A stretch of DNA of 64,000 nt. It comes from Paraphysomonas bandaiensis. Lineage: Eukaryota > Protista > Chrysophyceae. Shown here piece after piece: positions 1-11,627 of this stretch (the stretch's first letter is position 1; each line of letters opens with the position of its first letter). Under the pieces are notes generated by a model. It was not told the DNA's origin. It ran no database searches and worked only from the letters and a program-made list of their open reading frames with translations. The stretch covers positions 1 through 64,000 of the forward strand of contig CBFFRP010000319.1 in the NCBI GenBank assembly GCA_965644295.1. Direction: 5' to 3'. A program made the translations under genes and the position numbers.

Positions 1-272
1 TTTGGTAAAGTCAATCGCTAGTAGTTATCACATGCATTCTATGTAGCAATGAAATACAGAATATACATGACTACAGTATAGGAGTAGCTATTGCAAGTAT
101 ACAAAGAAACTGAAAATATAGTAGCTGCTAAAGATATGATTTGTAGAACAGAATGTTGATGTTGGTGAATGACGTGGTTCCCAACTCACAGGGCTACAAC
201 ATCATAAACTTACTATATCTCCCTATAATATCAATCAGTCAATATTGCACTAACTAAAAGCGTAAATTAATA
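1..272 (+). repeat. 5' LTR (partial)
   Basis: Near-identical to 4831-5099 (a few transitions and two small indels); ends ...AATTAATA directly before the PBS. Confidence 0.93.
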
Positions 273-3200
273 TGGCAGCGGATGGAAATTTCACGAATGT
301 CGCCTCAGGCTCAAAGGTACCTCCCTTCGAGGAACTGAACTTCAAGAAATTCAAGAAGTTCTTCACCTCATTCCTCATGAGACACAATCGAGCTCATCTT
401 GTCCTCTCAAAGGATAAACCAAGGCACATTCATGATCTAGACTCTACAGTCCCAGCGGGAGCTCATATGACTGATGCACAGAAGAAGCGACTACGCAAAG
501 CGAAGAAACTCTGGAACACCCGGAACGAGACCGCGTACTCCTTCCTGATGGAAGTGTGCAATGCTCACCCAAAAGCAGGCACAACAGCGGCTCTCTACGA
601 AGGAAGTACAGCAAAAGGGTTACTACAGGCACTGGAAGAGAGATTTCTCAATGTTGAAAAGAATACAGTACAGGCAGAGGAGCAGAGTTCGTCGACAGCG
701 TTGAAGCCCAGGCCAAGATTCTCGAGAATCTAGGTCGTGAAGTCACGGAAGACGACAAGCTCACTCGACTAAAGGAAGGTCTCACAGACAAGAGATATTC
801 CCAACTAGCACACAGCCTGTATACAGCAAACGATGTGACATACGCAAGAGCAAGCAGCCTAATCAAAGGGTATGAAAACACATCATTCGGCAAGCATGCG
901 TTGCAAAATTCAGGGGAAGACAGTGTCAATCAAGCAGTGGATGACAGTAAATGGAAAGAGCACAAGAGAAAGGGCAGATGCAATAAGTGCAAGAAACTTG
1001 GCCACTTTGCTAGGGAGTGCAAGACTCCAGAGCATGTCATAAAGAGGATGAAGGGGACAAGATCACAGAGAAAAGATAGAGATCACAGAAACAGGGGTGA
1101 TAACAAAACAAAGCTACCTGTGTGTGAGATATGTGACATCCCAGGCCATCAGACTAAAGACTGCTTCCACTTGAAGACTGCTAAAGCTGCAGTGGTCAGT
1201 TCTAAACGGGGGCGAGACTCTAGAAGGGAAACGGCACCCTACAAGAACAAGAAGAAACCGCGAGTGTCTGTACATGATTCAGAAGATGAAGCGGGATACG
1301 AATCGATGATATGTGTGGAAGAAGAGGTGAATCTAGCACAGAGCATGTCAGATGTTATTTATTTAGACAGCGGGTGCAACAAGATGATCCTTACCTCCAA
1401 AAACCACATGACCAACCTTCAGCGCGCTGATAGGCAGATGTCCACAGCGAACAAAGGTAAACTGTCAATACACAGTGTTGGCGATGTAGGAAGCTTTAAA
1501 AAGGTGTACTACGCACCTGAAGCAAGTAAGAACCTCGTAGATATGAAGAGCATCACAGATAGGGGTTGTGTTGTGACGTTCGATAATGATGAAGTCGTCA
1601 TTCGAAATAAGACTACGAACAAGACACTCATTAGACAGAGAAGTGTTAATGGATTATATCCAGTTCGACTCGAAGACTTACTTCAGCTTGGAGAAGAATC
1701 CTCAGCAGCACTTGAGGAGCAGGGGTTTGATGACCAGCGAATTCTATGGCACAAAAGACTTGGCCATGTCAACTATGATAAACTGACTGAGTCCGACCGC
1801 CGAGGCCTAGTTGATGGAATAAATCTGGACAAGAAATATTTCAGAAAAAAACACAAAAAAACGATATGCAAATGTAATACCTGCATGCGATCGAAACTCA
1901 CGAGAAAGAACTTCAGGACTCCACGCCAGTTGATGAACTTAGACAACAACCCAAAGGAGAGAGGGGTGCTCAGTGCAGATACGATGGAAGTCCTAAACAC
2001 GCCATCGATGGAAGGCTACAAACATGTGTTACTATTCAAGCACAGTGATGCAAAACATGTATGGGCTTATGGGTTGAAAAACAAGACTGGGAGTGAAGTG
2101 TTAAAGTGTATGAAGGACATGGTAGAGACCCAACTTGTCAAAGAAGGATTGCAACTACGACGATATCATGCAGATGGCGCAGGAGAACTAGTAGGGCAAC
2201 ATGTCAGGCAGTACTTACGTGAAACCACCAGCACAAGGACTGTACAGGTTACTTGGACTCCACGTGACACACCCGAAATGAATTCGCTATCGGAACGCAC
2301 TAATCGTACAGTGAAGGAGATGGCCCTTGCTATATTGCTCGATAGTGGCATGCCATCAGTATTTTGGTTCAAAGCAGTCTTGCATGCTGTATATCTGATC
2401 AACAGGTTACCTACGAAGACAACGAAAGGATACATCTCACCTTTTGAGTATATTACTGGAACCGCACCAGATGTGAGTGACTTGAAGATCTGGGGCTGCA
2501 AGGCATGGGCTATTGTGCCGAAGGAGCAGCGCCGCAAAGAGTGGAAAGAAAAGGGAAAACCTGGATACTATATGGGACAATGTCAACAACCTGTTGGACA
2601 CCAAATATATATTCCAGACCTGAATGCTATTATTGTTGCAGTCAATGCACAGTTTGATGAGTCAATTCCAGAGCGTTCACAGGAGTATTTCGACGAAATA
2701 GATAATCTACAAATCGACACCTCAGAAACAGCAGAGAGTGTAAATGACTATCAGTACCTGGTGGGCCTCAGACATCTTGATGGACACCTGTGTTATGTTA
2801 CCACCAGAGTGATAGAGAGAAGAGGAGTCATTGTTGCATATAGGAGATTAGATATGAAAGGAAATACTACCGAGGAGCAAACTCCAATTCATATCAAAGA
2901 TGTAGTAAAGATGACTCACTCTACAAAGTGTCAGACCGACAAGTTTAATAGTTTGCGAAATGAGTTGGATCAGACTTGTAATGACAGTGACAATGAACAG
3001 AGGACTCCTGACCGCTCAAATCGGGGCGCATCTTCAACAGGTGGGGCAGATCGAAATCCCAGAACTGAAAAACGACCTCGAAAAAAACGGCACATTGTTA
3101 ACGTTGGTGTCCTCGGCGATGTCTCATTGTTTCTTGATTCCTCCAACAGCACAATTAAAGAGCCACAGACGCTGGCAGAAGCAAAGAAGACTCCACAGAG

Positions 3201-4744
3201 AACATACTGGATTGAAGCTACCAGGAAGGAGGTGCACAAGCTTGAACGAAGGACATGCTGGAAGATTGTCCGAAGGCCGAAACACCGAAAAATCATAAAA
3301 TCTAAATTGGTCTTTAAAGTAAAGCGCGACCATCTTGGAAAAATTAAGAAGTTCAAAGTTCGACTTGTGGCGAAAGGGTTTACTCAAGAACAAGGAGTCG
3401 ACTATAATGAGACATTCTCCCCAGTAGCTAAAGGTGTATCATTTAGGCTAGCACTAGCACTGGCTCTGCGATACAATCTGCAACTCCGTCAACTCGATGT
3501 AGAAACGGCATTTCCGTATGCAGATCTGGACGAAGACGTGTTTATGTCTCCACCTGCAGGAATAGATATTCCACAAGGCTGTTGTTTGAAGATTCTGAAG
3601 AGTTTGTATGGCCTAAAACAAGCGCCTCGAAATTGGCATTCAATGCTGAAGGACAGTATAAAGGCGATGGGGTATAAACAATGTGTTCTTGACCCATGTT
3701 TATTTGTACTCAAGGGTACTGATGATAACCTACATATGATACTTGTGTATGTAGATGATATCATTGTGCTCAGCTCTGACAGCCGTCATATTGAAGAAGT
3801 CATCAGCGCCTTTAAGACTCAATATGCCATGCAAGATATGGGGGACCTTAAGCATTATTTAGGTCTTACCATTGAGCGTCATAATGGCCAGATTAAGTTA
3901 CATCAGTCTGCATATGCTAAAGATGTTGTGGCCAGATTCAATCACTTGTTGTCAGAAAAGAAGAGACGGTGCAAGGCAACCACACCTCTACCACCTGGCC
4001 TAAAGTTGTCCAAGGATGCAAAAGAGGAAGAAACTCGAAAACAGAGAGAATACGTTGATGCATTTCCCTATCAATCTGTTATTGGTGCCTTAATGTATTT
4101 GGCAGTGCATACTAGACCAGACATGGCATATACAGTAAATCTTCTCTCCCGGTTCACCACAAGACCCACGTACGCTGCATGTCAAGCTGCTCTGCATACT
4201 TTATTGTATTTAGAAAATACAGTTGATCAAGGTATCATATTTCCTAATTTCACAGATGAAGACCCTCTATGTGTGTACTCTGATGCAGATTGGGCCGGAG
4301 ATCTGGATACATGCAGATCCACTACAGGGTATATCGTATATCTGTGGGGTGCTCCAATTGTGGCAGTCCAGACTGCAGCCAACAGTGGCTACGTCGACTA
4401 TGGAAGCTGAATATATGGCTGCATATGCTGCAATTCAGGAGATTGTATGGATACGAGGGGTGATGACAGAGCTCGGAATTCGTGGATTTGAGCTCAGTAA
4501 GAATGCGTCTCCAACAATCTTGAATATGGACAGCAAGAGTGCGATTGATCTAGCTCAGAACCCGGTAAATCATAAACGTTCCAAGCATATTCGGATCAAG
4601 TATCATTGGATTCGAGAGCAAGTGGGAGGCTGTATCGTCAGGCTGAATCATGTGCCAACGGCAGAGATGACAGCAGACGTGATGACTAAAGCCTTGTCCG
4701 AGAAGCTGCACTATCAGCATGTGCACACTATGGTATCGCACTAA
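272..4744 (+). pseudogene. Copia gag-pol polyprotein with two frameshifts (~680 and ~4360)
   Basis: Gag continues in another frame as AEFVDSVEAQAKILENLG...LKEGL; two CCHC knuckles (CNKCKKLGHFAREC, CEICDIPGHQTKDC); protease YLDSG; GAG-pre-integrase WHKRLGH; integrase D-D-E; RT YVDD; RNaseH YSDADWAG continuing in a shifted frame as WQSRLQ...STMEAEY...KHIRIKYH. Confidence 0.93.
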
Positions 4745-4792
4745 GTAGACTTGCTCATCACAGTATATTCTGATATGTTCATTGAGTGGGAG

Positions 4793-5099
4793 TATTGAAC
4801 TACAACCAACTCCTACGTGCGTACTTGAAGTTTGGTAAAGTCAATCGCTAGTAGTTATCCTGTATTCTATGTAGCAATGAAATACAGAATATACATGACT
4901 ACAGTATAGGAGTAGCTATTACAAGTATACAAAGAAACTGAAAATATAGTAGCTGTTAAAGATATGATTTGTAGAACAGAATGTTGATGTTGGTGAATGA
5001 CGTGGTTCCTAACTCACAGGGCTACAACATCATAAACTTACTATATCTCCTATAATATCAATCAGTCAATATTGCACTAACTAAAAGCGTAAATTAATA
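4793..5099 (+). repeat. 3' LTR, 307 bp, TATT...AATA termini
   Basis: Begins right after the PPT; identity to the 5' LTR ends at 5099. Confidence 0.88.
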
Positions 5100-6337
5100 G
5101 TATGTGGCCGTACAGCCGTATAGCGATTTATATTATGAGTACTAACTAATAATTTATTTTACAACAGGAACATGCAATACTTGTCCTTGGACCAGAGATG
5201 TAGTTTACATGTTTGCATGACATTACGTACTACGTACAGTGAAATGATGCATATATAAAGAGCTAGCATTAAAATGAGAACGATTTACCGAAATCAAACG
5301 ATATATTCCTTTGAATTACTTTACTAAAAGATAAATTAGGAAAAATGAAAGTGTATACATTATAGATAAATACGAATTCTGCACTTCCTTGTGTTTTACA
5401 TAATATTCGATTCCGAAAACTACTTTTTGCACCGAAGAGAAGATCTTATGAAAGTCAATGTAGGCGTACTACACAACCTCTCATTTTATTAGGTACTCTC
5501 TCATGCATTCGCTCTTCTTCTTGTCCATTATTTATCTTCTTTCTTCGTCGTGTCATGTCAATAAAGATTCTCTCTACTTTTGTTTTCAGACGAACCGCCG
5601 TGTCTTCTTGCTTCTTCAGCGTATTGATGTTCAGAGCCTCCTCACACAAACACTTAAATTCAGGTGCAGCAGCCAAGTACGGTGTATCTCAGAACTGTTA
5701 TTTCTAGGAAATATGCTCATAATGAGACACTCTCAATTGATGTGGCCACAATGACGTATCAGGTAGTCTCTAATGATATCACTTAACATATTCCAATTCT
5801 ATTAATATCACATTACCAAACCAATTCTTCCATAATATTATCTGATCTTCAATTGACTAGATAATGATCCTTAACTATAGATACTCTTGTCACTGTATCA
5901 TACTAGAGCTATGCATAAGAGTCTGTGAGCAGATCGGCATCCTCTGTATATTTTTGTTCAGAGATGCCTCTAATATTGAGACAACAATTATCTGTACTCC
6001 AGCTGTAGTTATATCTCACTAATATAGAGTATTTTTGCTTCAATATATTTCCGAAAAATAAGATGTTGACTGTCCATATGCATAGTGGATAAAATCAGTC
6101 CTGTACTGTATATTTCTGTATTCCATGTCGGTATTCCATATTGACAGGTCATCGAAATCCAATTGTGATATTCTATAAGCAGGAATTTTCTACTCTTTTT
6201 CCAGTCCATCCAGCCAACAGGTTTATGGAGGTGTATGTCTACACATATCTAGACATCCTCCTATATAGAGAGATAGACAACTAACTTCAGTCATTTTCGT
6301 CGACAAAGTTATCCCAAAAGACAAATCCCTTTCTTCT

Positions 6338-7227
6338 ATGTCAGAACAACCTTGTATATTTGTTAATCATGGTGGAGGACCCCTTCCTCTCCTTGGCAGA
6401 CAGCCGGATGTGGCTAGCCTGCTATCAGATTATAGGAAGTCCCGCCCCACCCCAAAAGCCATATTAGGTATACATCCGCAACTTGAAGTAATCTGCTAAT
6501 CAGATGTATAGTTATTACTGCTCATTGGATTGAGGATTCGTTTACTGTTTCCTCTGGTGAATCTCACCCTCTGTTGTTTGATTATTATGGATTCCCTCGT
6601 GAGGCCTACCAATACACCTACAACGCTCCTGGATCCCCCCAATTAGCTCACACAGTTCATGATATGCTCCAGTCAGCTGGTTTGGAGTGTAAAGAAGATT
6701 CCAAGCGTGGTTGGGATCATGGTGTATTTGTCCCACTTAAACTCCTTTATCCCAATGGTGATATTCCAGTTGTGGCACTCTCTTTACAATCTTCGCTTGA
6801 TCCCCAGCTACATATTCGCATGGGAGAAGCATTACAACCTCTTCGCCGTCAAGGTGTCTTAATCGTTGGTTCGGGGGCATCATTTCATAATTTTGACTAT
6901 TTCTTCGCACGAGACGAAGCTACTCGTCGGGAAGGCCTCCGCCATAGCCATATTTGGAATACGTATCTAGAAGAAACATTTACTTCACCTTCTATAACTT
7001 CTAATGAAAAGTTAAATCGACTAATTAATTGGTTCAATGCCCCATCTGCTCGGGAAGCCCACAAGAAAGGGCAAGAAGAACATCTGATTCCTTTACACGT
7101 CCTGTATGGGGCCGGGAAACAGGGAAAATGCCGTAGAATTGGTGGAATTTCACCTGCTGATGAAATAGCAATGGCAAACTTTGAATGGAGTGAAAGCGAG
7201 AATATAGTTGAAGGAAGATCCTTGTAG
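6338..7227 (+). CDS. LigB/DODA-type extradiol ring-cleavage dioxygenase (intron 6468-6511)
   Basis: MSEQPCIFVNHGGGP, ITAHW, DYYGFP, RGWDHGVFVPL, GSGASFHN, EEHLIPL motifs; 44-nt GT-AG intron restores the frame. Confidence 0.92.
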
Positions 7228-7739
7228 TTTATCACTGCCGATTGACTAATTATGTAGAGGTGACAACGTATACCAACATTTTCCGTTGGTTACGCCCATC
7301 TTGATAAATATTGATTTTATGTACATGATATGTGCAGACGACTGGGATAGCAATAGTTGTCACATGTACACTATGCTACTTGGTGTCTTGCGATATCTCT
7401 TCTATCGTATATACTTGTAATAACAGACCATGACAAATATTCCCGAATCTGGATTTGCCATGCCTAAGTACCACGTATGTCATTGTTATAGTTCTTGCCA
7501 ATACTATAAGTGGTCTGTCAACAATATTATTGTACACAGAAGCATACTGCAACATATAAATAGTTGACTAGTCATGATATATCTACTGTCCAAAAGTTAC
7601 GACTTTACGAACATACTATTTTTCGGCATTTACCGTTTGGACGACATCGCCATTCCAACCATATAACACTTATGTCCATAAACGGCAAGAACTTATAACA
7701 AAGAACAATGGATATTATTAGAGAGCTAAGTGAGTTTAG

Positions 7740-8900
7740 AGATGAGATTTTACTGCAAACTGCAAACGAAGCAGGTACGGTTAGCTGAGCAGCGTGGCTT
7801 GTTACGTGAAGGCAAGGATAAAACGAGCATGAAAGGGTACATATTTCTTGACGAGAAGGCTGCTAAACAGGATAATGACTTTGAACTTTATACTTTTGTT
7901 ATTCCTATTTATTGCTATGCTGAAATTAGATAGCACATATAATGTACGATCACGTATCTTGGGAGGAAGATGCAATGACCATTAATATTGGCAAACAGAA
8001 GAATGATCAAGAAGGAAGCAATAGATTCCCGCGTCGTATATACGCAAATCCAAAGAACCCTATAATAATAAATCCAAAGATACCCATATTATCAATATTA
8101 TGGGTATTTACTCAAGACTATCATCGTGAAGGCTATCACATACGCACACACAGAAAGAAGAGGGGCAACAGGGCGAGGCTCTCCGTATCGTAATTTATTT
8201 TATTACTCCTTCCTCTTTACTCTACTATTTTAAATACTTAATTATTTTATAGTATATATAATATGTAGTAATATTAATATTACTATACTTTAAACTTTAA
8301 ATAATACTACTCTGCCTGGCTTTGCCATATCTACTTTTTTCGCTGGCATACCATCGTGACTGGCTGTTGGAAGAACTTTCGCCAAATCATCCTTTGTGTC
8401 TTCAAAGGGTTCGGACAAGTGCTATTCTACAACGTCTACGACCGAAGGTATAAACTGGTGTGTTTCGTAATGATGTGTCAAGAATGAATGCAACTGGAGT
8501 TCCACCCTATGTGAATTTAGCTTATTGCATTTCGTCGCTGCAAGAAAATGTTGGGAACTAGTCTAGTGATATGAAAGGAATGAATAGTACTTTACCGGAA
8601 GCATTATGTCAGAAAATACTAGATAATTTTACGGTTAATGGCACGGTGCCTGTAACTAGTACCCACCTCGACAGTCCACGTGATACACTTTTAGCAGAAA
8701 TTAGAACAAGATGTACATCACATAATGCAGAAACAGCAGAGCAGCTATTGGTACATCGGAGCAGCAGAGGACATTACTTAAGTACTACCACGACAACGAG
8801 ATACGTTATTCAATTGTGAATATATTCGCGGCTGCTAATCCCGTTCATATGATGATATGCGCATCGGAGAAATGTCATATACGACACTCTACGATTACAT
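7740..8900 (+). mobile_element. Decayed Crypton (CryptonS-like) tyrosine-recombinase element remnant
   Basis: Fragments WEEDAMTINIGKQKNDQEG..PRRIYANPKNP, LPYLLFSLAYHRDWL..HPL, MNATGVPPYV, LPEALCQKILDNFTVNGTVPVT, with stops and frameshifts. Confidence 0.72.
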
Positions 8901-9449
8901 GAAGGGCTGCCAGAGGAATAAGCGTAACGGAATGCAATAGAGCAAACGACTGAAGATAATTGACTAGCGCATGTCTATGTTAGTGTCGTATGTACGTGAG
9001 GGGGGTCTGTGAGACTCTTAACAGTCCCCTTCACGTATATATATGAACAGGCATCGCATTAGTGAAGGGGGTAGATGAGAATATGACGGTCAAGTAGATA
9101 GATATCGGCTTCTGGTAGAGAAATCATCTTGTTTCATGGCACTGCTGACAGTTTAATGTAACATATAGAAATGTACGTTAGTGGTTGACATATACATGTA
9201 TATACCTTCATACAGTGTATCCAATAGTAGGTATACACGTAAATACAACACACTACGTACCGTAAAAGCGGACCTACCAGTACTGCTGTACATATATACA
9301 CGGTACAGCCGTACATGTGTATTACATACAGCCATATCATACTATGAACAATCTCACAAAGTTTGCATCCATTGTGTTTATATCCACACAATTATAAGAT
9401 ATGTAAACTTTCAAAGAGTTCGTTTCCAATACATGCCCATATCATAGAT

Positions 9450-10032
9450 ATGAGTTTCTCATCTCCCTTGTATAGCACTAAAATTGCTATATTGGTAGCC
9501 TTATTATGGTGAGTTTATGTCGGCTTGATGTAATAAGTATGTATTGATGCTTTATCGTAGCTGTATAAAATATTCAGAGTGGCAGACGTTACTATCCATC
9601 TGCTTACTGATTAATTTTGCGTTCGTTATGCTTGATATCTACTTTCGAAGCAAGTATACATTGACACTTCCACCTTTGGAACACTTGCAGCTCGTATTGC
9701 TATGCACAGGAGTTATGACCTGTGTACTAGTGTTTTATGCATGCCCTGTATTCAAGTCTTTTTCTTTATATTCCCTTTTAGCAGATATTCAGTTATGCCT
9801 GATTTTTGGCTTTCCGTTATCACAATGTTATATATATTTACGCTACTCGAATTCAGAATGCCACTTCCCCTTCTGTGCTGCAACTTTATTATTTGCCGTC
9901 TGGCTGTCATCTCCGTTGTATTTACTGGATTGGGAGAAACATTGGCAAGTGTGGCCTGTACCAACGTTATATGCCTATATTGTTGGATTTATTGTTGGCT
10001 TATCTGTTGAATATGTAGTTATCATAGATTGA
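9450..10032 (+). CDS. PIGF: PIG-F/GPI11-like GPI-anchor biosynthesis membrane protein (intron ~9509-9560)
   Basis: Hydrophobic protein with the C-terminal WLSSPLYLLDWEKHWQVWP signature; GT-AG intron joins ATG 9450 in frame. Confidence 0.72.
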
Positions 10033-10444
10033 TTAGAGATTAGCTGAGGTATACTTACATATGTAGCACCAATGCTCACATACTACCAACGCGTCATTAT
10101 AATATATTCGTATTTAATAGATTTATAACCGAATGTTATGTTACTCTGTGAATTGCAAACGCTTCACGTCAAGAAAGCATATCAGATATATGAAGAGATC
10201 TTTGTTAGATTTCAGAGTTGCACGACGTTTCGACTTTATCAAAGCAAGCACATATAGAATACAATGCTCTCAGAGTGATAACTTGATATAGTAATTGCGT
10301 AATGATAACAATAATAGTATCTATCTTACTCTATACTTTAGGGCTTTAGGGTAACTAGTAATTATCTCGTCAATAGAAGATTAGACGATATGTTTGGCAA
10401 TGCAACATAGATAGAATTGGAATATATTGAAAGATAACAGAAGA

Positions 10445-10920
10445 GACCCATACTTCATACCATAAATTCTCTTCCAACCGTTGTGTCACGCACGTTGAAT
10501 TAGAGGGTCATTTCAAGGGGAATTGTTGCCATCACTTCTAGGTCCACCACCAGGCCGACAAGTTGCATTCATCGTGTTGCTCATACATGAGAATATATTA
10601 AACGTTCGGGGCATAAGCCGCTATAGGCCAGCAAGTAATACTACTGTTCCACAGAATTTATCGCTCCCTATCGCACGCATTGTCCCTGGAAACCGAAATC
10701 CAAGCAACAGTGTTGTAATCTGCTGTCGCGACAGGAATGTAAAGTGAACATGCAGCCATGTTCCTCTAATGATTCAACCATCAGAAACTTGGGACCGTCG
10801 CCCAAATGATGGCTTACGTGGGCTGTCTGAGGTACATAACCAGCCACCTTGTGCACACACAGGAGGATCATAATTAGCTTCCGGATATGATGCAATTCGA
10901 CAACGTCCAATGTTGTCACA
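10445..10920 (-). mobile_element. Decayed PIF/Harbinger (DDE_Tnp_4-like) transposase fragment
   Basis: Minus strand reads FNIFSCMSNTMNATCRPGGGP...DPLIQRA*HNGWKRIYGMKY, matching the Harbinger FIDxT..CRP..QRAxYNGxKxxHxxKY core, with stops. Confidence 0.65.
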
Positions 10921-11627
10921 CGAAGTTAGCGCCTATAAAATGACAGTTTGTTACCAGGAAGTCTCTTACTCGATTCATATCTAACGATATATTATGACCA
11001 ACTGGTATATTAAGCATATGCGACTTGTGTATATATTATTCCGCAAATTCGACTAAAAAGTGCATTCCGTAAACCCATTTCCCAAATTATTCCACATATA
11101 TCATCAGTGTTACCCTCAACTCGTGCGGATTTCACCAATCCAGAGCACACTAATCTCATTTATCCTCATAAGGGTGTGTCTAAATCTATTGGAGGAAGAA
11201 ATGTATGGTTAAAAAGATAATGTCACTGTCATCATTGTCGCTGTCATTTCAATCACTTTCATCTTTAATACACAACATTCATCAAACATCATTTCACTAC
11301 TATATATAGTCTATCAGCTATACTTCTAAGCATTAAGATATCAACTATCTTCATATGGTGTATATCATACGATCATTCCATATGGTTATCGCGCGCCCAT
11401 ATATGGGATTTACCGTTTTTGCCAGTTTTATTACCTTTTTTCCTAGAAACAGGACTATAAATACTAGAAACTAGAATATTCATGAAAATAATGGTATTTT
11501 TCTGACTGATAGCTACATATATGGTGATATTTTGTATATGGCAGTTTACAGATTGTGCATATATGGACTTGTTGTCATTCTAATGGACTCATTTCATATG
11601 AGGATAGATGATAGAATTATAAGAGCA

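Larger units (their letters stand above)
1..5099 (+). mobile_element. Ty1/Copia LTR retrotransposon (5' LTR truncated by the window edge), frameshifted
   Basis: Direct repeats 1-272 and 4831-5099; gag-protease-integrase-RT-RNaseH order; PBS-like TGGCAGCGGATGG at 273; PPT GAGTGGGAG at 4784-4792. Confidence 0.97.

Noticed and set aside
5455-6255. Short minus-strand ORFs upstream of the dioxygenase
   Set aside because: No consistent spliced frame or recognisable motif; possibly decayed sequence.
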